DNA from: Symsagittifera roscoffensis
Taxonomy: Eukaryota
Assembly (NCBI RefSeq): GCF_963678635.1
Contig: NC_087064.1
Span: 32,809,028 to 32,873,027 of the forward strand
Length of the DNA stretch: 64,000 nucleotides
Direction: 5' to 3'
In this document: positions 26,101 to 36,093 of the stretch, in pieces
How the letters are laid out: every line of letters begins with the position of its first letter
Position numbering within the stretch: the stretch's first letter is position 1
Translations under genes and position numbers: made by a program
The notes under the pieces: model-generated
The model's database searches: none
What the model was told of the DNA's origin: nothing
The model's input: the letters and a program-made list of their open reading frames with translations, nothing else

Positions 26101-29100
26101 AATTACCCGAACAATCGATCAAGGAATAACTCATATAATAGATCGAACTATAACAGACCAAACAATAATTACCAAAACAGATCACGAAATAATTCACAAA
26201 ATCGACACTCAAGTTATAATAATCGTTATAGAAATTATTCCCAATCACCACACCGGAATAATAATAACTATAATAATTCTAATAATCGCCACAGAAGTAG
26301 TACACCTAAACATCAAAGACAAATCAATCAAGTACAATCTAATCCAGAAACAACATCAGACCCTCCAGGTATTGATGACACAGTAACTGATACGTTACAA
26401 CTCAATCAAATAAACTGTACATCATCAGATTCAGAAAGTGATACTGAAAACACTCTTTCTATCAATATGATAAAAGTCGAAAATGACTATGAATCTGTCA
26501 TATATGAACAACCCTTTCCATCACACATATATGAAAATCAATCAGAATTTCTTCAAAATTATTACACTACACCCATAAATTCCACACCAACAACGCAAGA
26601 AACAAATGAGATTAACACTACAAATCAAACCAATAAAAACACCAAAACAAAATGCTTGAATACAAACCACATTTATCAAAATATACAAAAAGAACAACCC
26701 AAAGAAAAAATTTGGACAATACCATTTCTCTTAGAAAGCCCAAGAAATAAAGAATTTCAACCACCAGACCTTGAAATAGATTTTTTAATTGATTCAGGAG
26801 CAGAATCAAACATAATAAACATTCCCACATGGAATGAAATAAAAATCTTACACCCAAAGCTAACACCTCTTGAAACCTCCAGCAAACTAGCGACAGCACA
26901 AGGATCAACATTGATAAACTACGGAAAAATCCAATTATTTCTCCTCCCTACCAGAACAATGGAACAAAGTAAAATTTTAAATAAGCCATTTAAACAAATA
27001 TTCCATATCACCGATATTAAATATAATATCATTGGAATACCATTTATTTCAAAGTATATACCAACAATTAACATACTAAATAGTAAAATATTAATCAAAG
27101 ATAAATATACAAAAACAAAAGAAACATCCTTAACATTTTTTCAAAGATTGAATAAACAACCACCATTCTTTTCAAAATTTTATCCGATATTTAACCAACA
27201 AAGAAAACACCTGAAACCACTATCAGGAAACATCTATAATTTTTCAATCAAACAAGTTCACCAATATGATAAAGCACAAAACAAACAAAAATTTTATATG
27301 TCAGATTTTGAATTCAAACCGATTCATAAATTTTTCAAAATCACAATCTCTTCAATAAAATATTTGAAAAATTCGAATTCAGATATCATCTCCTTACATG
27401 TCTATAACAACACACCTTACCAAGTAACATTACCATTAGGAGTTTTAGGATATTGTGAAACCAACGCAACAATATCACCAATACACGAAAAAGCCTATCG
27501 CGTAAATAATATACTCCAATTACTAGATATTTGCCAATCTACAATTCTTAATGAAGAATTATCTATAAATAATATAATAAGTAACGAAAACAGAAATACG
27601 GATTATTTCACAAAAACTCCATATTTCAAACCTACATTCAACATCAGTAACTACACAGAGGACCAACAGAAATTTTTAACAATGTTTAATTTCCAACATT
27701 CACAAATAACACAAGACGAATTTGAAAAGTTAGCCAAACAGCTAATTCAATATTCATCAGTCTATGCAACATCAAAATTCGATGTTGGCAAAATCAGTTC
27801 ATCACTACATCTCCCATTAAAACCAGACGCAGTTTTCAAAAAACAAAGAGCAAGTAAAGTACCAATTCACTTACATGATAAAGTAAACAGATTACTCGAT
27901 ATTTTAGAGCAATACAACATTATATCACCGGTTAATAAAGAAGAACAACCAAAAGGCAACACATTCATCAACCCCGTTATCATTCTAGCTAAAGGAGAAT
28001 CGTTAAAAATCGTTCTCGATGCTAGATACCTCAATTCACTCATAGATGAATCAAAATGTAATTGGCTCATTGAACCAATACAAGTTATTTTAACAAAAAT
28101 AAACGGCAAATACTTCACAACCGCCGACATGAATAGTGCATACAATCAAATGCCACTAGATGAACAATCACGACGTTTAACACAATTTGTTATCGGAAAC
28201 CAACAATATGAATTCAACCGCATATTCTATGGAATATCCATAGGACCAGCAGCATTTTCAGCCTTTATGAGCAAAATTTTTAGACCACTAATACTCAAGA
28301 AAAACGCAATCACCTATTTAGACGATGTTTTTATGCAATCACAAACAAAAGACGAAATGTTCAAAGTTTTAGAAACATATCACCAAATACTTCAGAACGA
28401 AAATCTGAAGGCCGCCCCCGATAAATCACACTTCTTTTTGACTAGAGTTAAATTCTTAGGACATAATATAGAAAGAAAAACAATCACTCCACTGAAATCA
28501 CGCATTGACGCTATTCAAAAACTTCAACCACCAACAAATAAAAAGAAAATCCAAGAGTTCCTTGGAATGTTAAACTTTTTAAGTAAATATGTTTATAAAA
28601 TGCAATTATACCTACGACCATTTTATAACATCCTTAGACAACAAAACAACTTTGAATGGAATACAGAACATCAAACACGATTCGAAGAAATAAAGAAACT
28701 TTTAACTGAACAAATTTCAAACACAATTCCAGACCCTGATCAACCATTTTATGCAATGTGCGATGCTTCGAACTTTGGCATCGGCGCAGCATTATTACAA
28801 TCACATAATGGTACAAATAAAATGAACCTCATATCAGCAAATTCTCGATTATTCACTCAAGCAGAGCTACGACTCTCAACTCTAATGAGAGAATGTACAG
28901 CCATAATATATACACTTACAGAATATGAATTTCTGATACTTGGATCAAAACATCCCACAGTTTTGTTCACAGACCACAAACCAATCATCTTTCTTTTTAC
29001 ACAGAAATCTAACCCAAACCACCGAGTTTACAGATTTCAACTAATTCTAATGAAATTTCCAAACTTACATATAGTTTGGACTGCAGGAAAAAATCTTGCA

Positions 29101-31329
29101 TTACCAGACACCTTAAGTCGAAATACACCACCTGAATTACTTACACGAAAAACAACAGTTGAAATACCCAAAAATATAAAATTCTACCTTGCAGAAAACG
29201 AAACATCACCTCGATTAGAATGCAAATATGCAGTAAAAACTGATATTGAACAATCACAAATAAATAATTTACAACATTTCCCACTTTATTTAGATTGTCA
29301 AAATAATCATTATGAAGTTGACCTACTTGGAACATCAACTTTTAAACCAATTCCATATTCTCAATGGATAAAAAATAACACCCAACAAAAACGAACAAAA
29401 CAACACCTACCTAAAAAAGACCATTTTCCACTAATTGAAAAAGAAGATTTAACTGATAAAATAAATTTATCAGGACCACAAACAAATGATTCAAAATACA
29501 CAATAAATCAAGTTTTTGACCTTCACGACCCACTTGATACAATACCATTATCTAAATTAGAAATCGAAAACATTTTTCTCCCCCCAACAGAAACAATTAC
29601 AATTTCAACACTGAAACAATATCAAAACCTTGACCCAGTAATTCGACAACTAAAATCATGGCACAAATATAAAACTAAACCTATCAAAGCAGATTCAACC
29701 ATTCTAGGAAACAAAACACTCCTCCGATACTTTCGCAAGTTTAACAATACAACAATTAACGAAAATACAGACCTTTTAGAGTACAACCTTAATGAATCTA
29801 CAGTTCCCTGTCTCCCTATAAGTATGATTCTTATAGCTTTTAATATTTCACATACACAAAACATTAAAGGACACTCTGGATCAGAGAAAACATATTCAAA
29901 TTTTATACAAAATTTTTACTTCCCAAATGCACCAATTTGGATAAAAGTACTATGCAATGATTGTATAGTATGTCAATTAAATAAACCTTACCCAAATCAA
30001 AAACAAATAGCACAAAAACAAGATTTTAAAGGACAAAGTTTATACTTTAATCATCGTATCTCATTTGATACTAAAGGACCAATTTCACCCTCATCAGAAG
30101 GAAACTCCTACATTATGGTAATTGTTGACGCATTTACACATTATGTAGCACTTAACCCAGTACCACATTGTAACGCTTATTACGCATACACAACACTTTA
30201 TGAACACTGGATAGCAAAATTTGGACTACCAGAAATTTTAGTCACAGACAATGGTACAGAATTCATAAATAATGAAATAATAACACTATGTCATTTATAC
30301 AACATTAAACACAAACCACGTACATCTCATGCACCTTGGACAAACGGCTTAGTCGAAGGTATGAACCGTTCACTACAAGAATATCTTAGATGTATCATCA
30401 ACGGAAATGATACCAAATATACCGAATGGTCAGCAGATGTAAAATTATTTCCATTAGCATATAATTCACAAATCACGACAACTTTAGGAATGTCACCATA
30501 CGAAATGGTTTTCAACCAAAAGCCACGCAAACCAATAATGTTTACAGCAAATTCCCATAAAAACGCACAAGGTTATTGTCAACCAAATAAAGACTCAATT
30601 TGTTATAACCTACCATTACATACGCACGATGAAGATCATTTTCATCACCCACAAATCCTTAAATTAGCCTCCGGTACACACACCGAATGGATTTTAAATA
30701 GAGATAAGAAACACAATGAAATTTACCAAAAAATAACGAAAAAGTTATTACAAAGACAAAACATAAATGAACAAATCAATTCACGTTTTACACCAGCTTC
30801 CGATTTAAAAATTGGAACATTTGTTTTAATACCTAATTTTAATACTCAAAAAGGAATTTCTAAAAAATTACAACCCCTCCGAAAAGGACCCTATCAAATA
30901 ATTGCAAAACCCACAGATGTCACATATAAAATTATCGACTCAAACAAAAAAGAAATCGTTCAGCATCGAAACAACCTATTACCTTATTACCCAAAAGAAT
31001 ACGCACTCCGCGAATTAACCCAATTATATTCTTTCACAGGATTAAAAATTATTCAAAACGAACCACATCTGAAAAACACAGAACAAAATGATAACCCCAC
31101 CGAAAATCAAAACACAAAACCAATCGCTACCAAAAACAATACACAAAACCATAAAGAATCTCCAAAACAAAGAAAAAATAGAAAAATGACAGAACAAATA
31201 ATACCCCAAGAAGAAATAGACAAATCAGAACATAGAAAGACAACAAGACTCCGAAATCAACCACGTAAAAACTACAAAATGTTCATCCCCCAATCTAAAA
31301 TATTAAAGAAAGTAGAATTTAAAAATTAA
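23107..31329 (+). CDS. gag-pol polyprotein (2740 aa): N-terminal extension, gag-like, CCHC zinc knuckle, Arg/Ser/Asn-rich region, aspartic protease, RT, RNase H, integrase.
   Basis: Uninterrupted 8.2-kb ORF. Motifs CNYCRRYGHSISEC, FLIDSGAESN, TTADMNSAYNQMPLDE, YGISIGPAAFS, ITYLDDVFM, RVYRFQLILMKFPNLHIVWTAGKNLALPDTLSRN, H-x6-H-x29-C-x2-C, VIVDAF...VTDNGTEF...TNGLVEGMN, LRKGPYQI. Confidence 0.93.
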   Translation: MSSTHTPGDETPDDDEIFPFIVDADTDRGQHIFCQNLLVNLFEPGISPCKTEFPDVKIKRQIIDHYLKDICNITQQYGIYSIEFTSPNHNNRTYTIQTDDLDLEFSKVFSEYIKSIQYHNSQRANSIFTNEVFALIYSYISILENELPLTNVSPTETSKHLRVRHEITLLSSYLNIIKENFTKDDVSQHTKHDLQKILAWFIIDYFTHNIDLIAQARKNFRPQNSNDDTAITEQSDYVWDPEWSHPVFINFPQSISSQAIGTISYIRDYVRVIPLTIDATPLNYNTFLPDTQNNSLNSTVIHNENLNGTRNLTQQDIQTPSHFINEEIVHTTTTQQSISPIRPNLTTPRNTNPSQTQVTLQSTVKPSVAPKYSHMDYQTYKPMTIPSKTRKTFTRNNFADHNYNYTHPSKTNYKPQRNFNQYTKPRNWDNPTAQYNSTNFQPNPPQDRSENYPFFQQNKNKKQTSYQMDYLSSDEDFLQPDIFAPNTQEYRRQGIQKTRTNHRNFSPQSIDAQYQQPIQQPNPINIQSFQPIQQQNPMTTHSYQPSQMQNEIPLPYYLQQHEITRNQLSNFSQMPNAAESLQMTMNPYLMGGSSITSNKPLMVFTGTDPEYSVEDYLNAVTANLILNIGPEPINTPLHQNWIHRRTALIQTTLDGAAQKWFSVLPQEIKSNWKRFTQEFSKMFDSERNKQQQRVLCNEIRRLPNETIKQIAVRIETLVRKAYSLNTHDYKNTKMTEILMMTLTPQLRKIAIKKRASHPSSIREPDLDFRKLVDKLEQAEITMKLEETENLKLQYVNKIETTPTNINNIQESETDLVEKITEILNIYEKNPNFKGKPSFKKWCNYCRRYGHSISECRQKQQDSQNKPQKYKEPNKSFYQYMKKDQNLPNKNVYSNNSSGKPLPNNTSYTRNQSPYNSSYRGRSPERRNTYNSSQNHYNRPNSRNNYSRSNSNTQRFVSRSNSQSRNNYYPNNQSRNSSYNRNRNYSYNRNRSYSNNRNQNYPNNRSRNNSYNRSNYNRPNNNYQNRSRNNSQNRHSSYNNRYRNYSQSPHRNNNNYNNSNNRHRSSTPKHQRQINQVQSNPETTSDPPGIDDTVTDTLQLNQINCTSSDSESDTENTLSINMIKVENDYESVIYEQPFPSHIYENQSEFLQNYYTTPINSTPTTQETNEINTTNQTNKNTKTKCLNTNHIYQNIQKEQPKEKIWTIPFLLESPRNKEFQPPDLEIDFLIDSGAESNIINIPTWNEIKILHPKLTPLETSSKLATAQGSTLINYGKIQLFLLPTRTMEQSKILNKPFKQIFHITDIKYNIIGIPFISKYIPTINILNSKILIKDKYTKTKETSLTFFQRLNKQPPFFSKFYPIFNQQRKHLKPLSGNIYNFSIKQVHQYDKAQNKQKFYMSDFEFKPIHKFFKITISSIKYLKNSNSDIISLHVYNNTPYQVTLPLGVLGYCETNATISPIHEKAYRVNNILQLLDICQSTILNEELSINNIISNENRNTDYFTKTPYFKPTFNISNYTEDQQKFLTMFNFQHSQITQDEFEKLAKQLIQYSSVYATSKFDVGKISSSLHLPLKPDAVFKKQRASKVPIHLHDKVNRLLDILEQYNIISPVNKEEQPKGNTFINPVIILAKGESLKIVLDARYLNSLIDESKCNWLIEPIQVILTKINGKYFTTADMNSAYNQMPLDEQSRRLTQFVIGNQQYEFNRIFYGISIGPAAFSAFMSKIFRPLILKKNAITYLDDVFMQSQTKDEMFKVLETYHQILQNENLKAAPDKSHFFLTRVKFLGHNIERKTITPLKSRIDAIQKLQPPTNKKKIQEFLGMLNFLSKYVYKMQLYLRPFYNILRQQNNFEWNTEHQTRFEEIKKLLTEQISNTIPDPDQPFYAMCDASNFGIGAALLQSHNGTNKMNLISANSRLFTQAELRLSTLMRECTAIIYTLTEYEFLILGSKHPTVLFTDHKPIIFLFTQKSNPNHRVYRFQLILMKFPNLHIVWTAGKNLALPDTLSRNTPPELLTRKTTVEIPKNIKFYLAENETSPRLECKYAVKTDIEQSQINNLQHFPLYLDCQNNHYEVDLLGTSTFKPIPYSQWIKNNTQQKRTKQHLPKKDHFPLIEKEDLTDKINLSGPQTNDSKYTINQVFDLHDPLDTIPLSKLEIENIFLPPTETITISTLKQYQNLDPVIRQLKSWHKYKTKPIKADSTILGNKTLLRYFRKFNNTTINENTDLLEYNLNESTVPCLPISMILIAFNISHTQNIKGHSGSEKTYSNFIQNFYFPNAPIWIKVLCNDCIVCQLNKPYPNQKQIAQKQDFKGQSLYFNHRISFDTKGPISPSSEGNSYIMVIVDAFTHYVALNPVPHCNAYYAYTTLYEHWIAKFGLPEILVTDNGTEFINNEIITLCHLYNIKHKPRTSHAPWTNGLVEGMNRSLQEYLRCIINGNDTKYTEWSADVKLFPLAYNSQITTTLGMSPYEMVFNQKPRKPIMFTANSHKNAQGYCQPNKDSICYNLPLHTHDEDHFHHPQILKLASGTHTEWILNRDKKHNEIYQKITKKLLQRQNINEQINSRFTPASDLKIGTFVLIPNFNTQKGISKKLQPLRKGPYQIIAKPTDVTYKIIDSNKKEIVQHRNNLLPYYPKEYALRELTQLYSFTGLKIIQNEPHLKNTEQNDNPTENQNTKPIATKNNTQNHKESPKQRKNRKMTEQIIPQEEIDKSEHRKTTRLRNQPRKNYKMFIPQSKILKKVEFKN
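25630..25671 (+). other. Nucleocapsid CCHC zinc knuckle (C-x2-C-x4-H-x4-C).
   Basis: tgt aat tat tgc cga cga tac gga cat agt att tcc gaa tgt, in frame. Confidence 0.85.
25800..26330 (+). other. Arg/Ser/Asn/Tyr-rich low-complexity domain (RS-like) between the NC and protease.
   Basis: About 175 residues of repeated SRNNYS / NRNRSYS / NRSRNNSYNR motifs. Confidence 0.8.
26740..27080 (+). other. Aspartic protease domain.
   Basis: IDFLIDSGAESNIINIPTW, with DSG at 26791-26799. The matching segment exists in the degenerate copy. Confidence 0.8.
27810..29130 (+). other. Reverse transcriptase plus RNase H.
   Basis: RT motifs A through E, with YLDD at 28324-28335. RNase H CDASNFGIGAALLQ then TDHKPI, and the linker ending NLALPDTLSRN at 29124. 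Confidence 0.85.
29800..30950 (+). other. Integrase: HHCC zinc finger, DDE core and GPY/F-like C-terminus.
   Basis: HTQNIKGH...CNDCIVCQ, D(VIVDAF)...D(VTDNGTEF)...E(LVEGMN), and LRKGPYQIIAKPTDVTYKI. Confidence 0.85.
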
Positions 31330-31929
31330 TTTTAAAATTTTATACTTCACAATCTTGAAACCTCCGTAACATTTTTCATTTCCATTTTTCAAAATAACAT
31401 GCTCACAAGTACGCAATAATTCTAGTTCAAAATAGACCAATAGGATTCATCCAATCCGCCACTTTCTCTAACTCAAACTAAGATCAATTAGACGAATAAT
31501 CTAGAACTCCAGGCACATCTCTAACTATAACTTTACAACCTCCAGGTCAAAAATAAGCAAACCACTCCAACTTGACAGCTAAAATAAATATCACCATAAT
31601 ACCGTACCCCTCCCTTATCTAATAACCCAAAGATCAACAATATTTCCCCAACTCAGACCACGAATACCCCCAAAACAAATTTGATAACTTAGCCTAAAGT
31701 CACAAAATGAAGATTTTAATTAGCCTAAAGTATAAAAATCTCACCATACCCCGGATCATTTGACAAACAAAAATAAAGAAAAAGACGACCTCCCAGTCAC
31801 CATGAAAATTGCCCCCAACAATTTTTTACGAAACTCAACCCACTTGTCAAAAAACTAATAAATAATTCGACCACACTAGAAAATCGCCTCAAACAGCAAA
31901 AAATATTCGACAAAGAGATCATTTCTTAA

Positions 31930-32345
31930 ATGCTTTTCTCTCAAACAGTCGCTCAAATATTTATCAATTTTAAACATTTTTTTTCAATACTTCAAGTCTT
32001 TATAATCTTTCTTTTTGATATCATCGAATCTTTTCTAATAATCATAATAATTTTTTGTAACATTTTTTTAATTTTCTACACAATAATTGAACTATTCCTC
32101 CAACTTTCCAAAACCCTTGAATATATCCACAGGTACGATTTTAACAACTTGTCTAAATGATACGAACAATTTTCAGTAGAACTGATATTTTTTTATTGTT
32201 TGTAATTTTCATAACATTTCTATCATCCCTCATTTTGACAATATGTAAATGTATAAAGAAAGCAATCATTACATTTGCCCTAGCAACAATTTTTCTAATT
32301 CTTTTTTTAGAAGAATATTATAATAAACATAAACCCTCTCACTAA
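31930..32345 (+). CDS. Two short, very hydrophobic ORFs (76 and 62 aa) joined by an ATGA stop-start overlap at 32157. Coding status is uncertain.
   Basis: ORFs 31930-32160 and 32157-32345. T-rich sequence could create them by chance. Confidence 0.2.
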
Positions 32346-32350
32346 AGTAA

Positions 32351-33488
32351 CAATTTAAAAATCCATCAAAAATTGCTACCCAACAGTCACAGAATCAGTC
32401 TTCACCGACATCATCCCAAGATAATCCAACACCACCTTCAACTACTCAAAACCCTCAAACATCTACACGAATTTCTTTTCAAGACAATCCATACACCTTT
32501 GAAGAAAGGCACGCTCGTTTATCTGAACCACTAGAACCAGTTCAACGACAAGCATCCCTAAGTGAACCAACATATAATCTTTACCCAACACTACCACAAG
32601 AACTAAGTAGAATACGAAACCTTAGTCAAAACCAAAACACAGCAGAAATAAATAGACAAATTATACATCCTCGACGAAATAGAAATTTTCAAACTCCCCG
32701 AGTTCATTTTGATATACCTCAATCCCCAACACAAACCACTCCAGAAAACACCACTGGTATCACACCAGAAACTCCTACACTTTTTTCACAACGAAGCACT
32801 TCAAGTCTACCTTCAGACTACTTAGGTTCAACACCAACATCTGAACAGATACGTGAAAATCCCTTTAACCCCCCAAACCTAACATCACGACTGCCATATT
32901 GGACTACAAATTCATTCACACAAGGTGAACCAAATTTAGTCAATGACCCCATAGATATTTCTACGGATACAACAACATCCTCATCACTACCAGAAACATT
33001 ATCACTACCATCAACACCATCAATAAGTCAATTTTCACCACTACCCTTTAACTTAAATTTTCCAAATAATCTCGACGCCAGATATCGAGAACAATCATCA
33101 ATAAATATTCCTTTAAGATTAGATTGGAATACATTCACAGCACCTCCACCACTATTTGGACAACATCAAGAAAGTAACCGCCTTCATAACTGGGCACTTA
33201 ATAGATTACAATATCGCCAAGATATTCACAACGATATCCGTGATCACAATATTCAAATACTCCAACAAAACAGTTTACAATTAAAATTTGAAATCACAGT
33301 TAAGTTAAATAATATTACCCAACATCCCTACCCATTAAATCCACCTAACATAACAGCTCAATCACTACCACCACCGTTTATAACTACTGAAGTAATATAC
33401 AAATACGACAGATACACTAAAAACACAATTGGTTACATTACATTTTATAATCCATACTCAGGATTATCATACACATGTATATTCTAAA
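32351..33488 (+). CDS. ORFx: open reading frame of 378 codons with no in-frame ATG. N-terminus is S/T/P/Q-rich.
   Basis: Stop at 32348-32350, then no stop until taa at 33486-33488, in AT-rich DNA where stops are expected about every 15-20 codons. The C-terminal part is conserved at protein level in the degenerate copy (ORF 4402-4680). It overlaps the env-like ATG (33475) by 14 nt. Confidence 0.6.
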
Positions 33489-36093
33489 ATTATTAATTTT
33501 TCTCCAAACCCTTTTTCTAATAACCTCAAATCAAAATATAAACCCTTCCCCTCGTACAGGACCACAAGATTTATTAGTAACACATTACGATTGCGAAGAA
33601 AATGAACAAAAAACACTACATAAATATGCAATCAATCAGGTATCACAATGTGAAACAGAACCACAAGCTATAGAAACCACAGATATAATAGCAACACTCT
33701 ATTCAAAAGCCCGAGCAACAACAGTTACAGGTTATAAATTCACAGCAACATTTTCCGAAAAGAAAGTACATTGTTCACAAGTCTCGAACGGAAACAAAAA
33801 CCGACTTGACCATGAATCATTCTACCAAAGTAATATAGAACGTCTTTTACATCTCAATCCCGACGATTGTAAAAATGAATTACTTAGACTAAACATCACA
33901 AAAAATAAAAACTCCCAAAGAAAATTAGTTAATTTTCAAGTTTTTTCAGACTCTGTACATCAATCACAACTTGAAAGACACCAAGGACATATAAGACTAG
34001 ACGAAAAATACCCGTATAACGGCGCACACGGACGATTAACCTATGACCTACATGATAAACACTGGATACCACACATTGGTATAAATAACCCATCAAACTG
34101 CAAAGCAGACACAAAAAATAAAGGATACCAAGAAATAATGTTTTTCGATTGGAAAATACAACTCGAAAAAATACAACTCACACGAGATTTATCTGATAAT
34201 ACAATGATCTATCAAGGAATCCGACTACCTTGTAAAAATGATCAAGGATATTGCGACCCTACAACGAGAACACAAGCAACAATTGTTTGGTTCCCCGAAG
34301 ACACATGTACAACATTTCAAGTAGCAAAAATACACGCTCGTATGATAAAATTTCACGAAAAATATTTCATACAATCAATTCCATATGAACAAGTCCATCC
34401 ATCACGCAAACTAAGTTCCGATTTTCGAAACATAGACAATATAGAAAATAAATTGACACGTTTTCAAATATATCAAGAAACAGAACTTGCATGTAAATAC
34501 AGGAATCCACTTCACAGAACACAATACTCTGAAATATTAGTTGAATATGAAAAAGGATTCGACATGACCACTGGTAAAGTAAAAATCGACCCATACGCCA
34601 CAGGTCATCCTCTAAACGAAGGAACATCCTATATACCAGTTAATTTTGAAAAAAGCAACGGACAACCTGGTGGACATCTAAAACCTTATGACACCAGAAG
34701 CACACGCTTACAAGAATTATCACTAATGAATACTACATATTTTGGTAATATCCACTATGATATTCATTTGGATATGAAACTAGACTATACAATTAGCCGC
34801 ATTTTTCAAGAAATGTCACTCTCTGAATTAGAAACACTACATCAACTATGCGAATTAGAACGAACACAAATACTACAATCACTTGCACTAGCAGTATTAA
34901 AAATACCCTACGCAGGATACTTATTATCAGGAAATAGATCAAATTTTTTAGACTACGAAGGAAACATCTTATGGTTTTATACTTGTACTAAAAAAGTATC
35001 ACCACTATACGTTTTTGAAGATAAACGATGTTATAAAAGAATTCCTATCTTTTATAAGAATAAAGTACATTTCGTGGATACACTTTCACGAAGAACATAT
35101 TTCTGGGATACCGCAGTCCCATGTGGATCAGAAAATAGCCACAATGTAGTACAACTAAACCCTGATGAAAACAAATATTATCTTCTCACTCCATATCCCA
35201 CATTAATGCAATCACTCAAAAAATTTTCACCAGAAAGCATTCGCGCTATTGCTCGAAACCCAAATATAGACTTACAATCAATAGGAATCTATTCAAAATC
35301 AGATATTCAACATCACATTAGAACACAACAATTCCAAGAATTATTAACACAAATGGACACTATACAAAGACAATCAATAGACCAAAACTTACGCAAACTT
35401 GCAGAAACCGCAGGATTTGCCGATATCTACACGCAAGACTATAGCGGATATTTTAAAGACATAAAAGATTATATATATCTAAACGGCGAAAAATACCGTC
35501 CCCAAGATATATCACCAATTAACATTTTTAGCTTTGTTACACTCAAAAATGAGATCCTAGATTTTCTAGGATGGCCCTACTACATCTTAGAAAAATTGAC
35601 TATTTTATACGCAATGTTTAACTTTATTGGATTTCTTTTCTCACTCTTAAAAGGAATCTACAATACATGTGCTATACACACACAAGTAAACAGACAAGCA
35701 AGCGTAGCACGCATACTCTTTGCAGGATTTTTTGGAATTTTTTCCACATCTATAAACAAAATTCTTTTAGACGCACAAATAAAAGAATATAACACAAAAA
35801 TAACAACACGACAAAATACATACGACGAAGAACATAACAATGTCGACACACAGCCAACGGCACCACAATTACCACCCCTACCAAATAACCATCCACTATC
35901 CCTAGCCCCGCGAAATTTTAGAAATTTAGCAATCACACATAATCCAAATTTTCGACTCACCACATCACAAAGTCCCGTCCAACATATAATGACACATCCA
36001 TCACAAGATGATAATACTTATGAACAAATTATTGAACAGCCCCATACCACCGCTTTTCAATCTCAAAATAATAATTTTTTTAGCCCACGATGA
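33475..36093 (+). CDS. env-like glycoprotein candidate (872 aa): N-terminal signal peptide, Cys-rich ectodomain, C-terminal hydrophobic anchor.
   Basis: MYILKLLIFLQTLFLITSNQN is a signal-like start. Many Cys and N-x-S/T sites. Hydrophobic segments LTILYAMFNFIGFLFSLLKGIY and ARILFAGFFGIFSTSI near the C-terminus. Homologous fragments are in the degenerate copy. Confidence 0.75.
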   Translation: MYILKLLIFLQTLFLITSNQNINPSPRTGPQDLLVTHYDCEENEQKTLHKYAINQVSQCETEPQAIETTDIIATLYSKARATTVTGYKFTATFSEKKVHCSQVSNGNKNRLDHESFYQSNIERLLHLNPDDCKNELLRLNITKNKNSQRKLVNFQVFSDSVHQSQLERHQGHIRLDEKYPYNGAHGRLTYDLHDKHWIPHIGINNPSNCKADTKNKGYQEIMFFDWKIQLEKIQLTRDLSDNTMIYQGIRLPCKNDQGYCDPTTRTQATIVWFPEDTCTTFQVAKIHARMIKFHEKYFIQSIPYEQVHPSRKLSSDFRNIDNIENKLTRFQIYQETELACKYRNPLHRTQYSEILVEYEKGFDMTTGKVKIDPYATGHPLNEGTSYIPVNFEKSNGQPGGHLKPYDTRSTRLQELSLMNTTYFGNIHYDIHLDMKLDYTISRIFQEMSLSELETLHQLCELERTQILQSLALAVLKIPYAGYLLSGNRSNFLDYEGNILWFYTCTKKVSPLYVFEDKRCYKRIPIFYKNKVHFVDTLSRRTYFWDTAVPCGSENSHNVVQLNPDENKYYLLTPYPTLMQSLKKFSPESIRAIARNPNIDLQSIGIYSKSDIQHHIRTQQFQELLTQMDTIQRQSIDQNLRKLAETAGFADIYTQDYSGYFKDIKDYIYLNGEKYRPQDISPINIFSFVTLKNEILDFLGWPYYILEKLTILYAMFNFIGFLFSLLKGIYNTCAIHTQVNRQASVARILFAGFFGIFSTSINKILLDAQIKEYNTKITTRQNTYDEEHNNVDTQPTAPQLPPLPNNHPLSLAPRNFRNLAITHNPNFRLTTSQSPVQHIMTHPSQDDNTYEQIIEQPHTTAFQSQNNNFFSPR

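Noticed and set aside
25775-26386. 203-aa ORF (I/T/E-rich) in an alternate frame inside the gag-pol RS-like region, with a counterpart at 10391-10756 on the minus strand in the old copy.
   Set aside because: It lies entirely within the repetitive AAT/AGA/AAC-rich segment, where any frame lacks stops. The apparent conservation just mirrors conservation of the overlapping pol frame.
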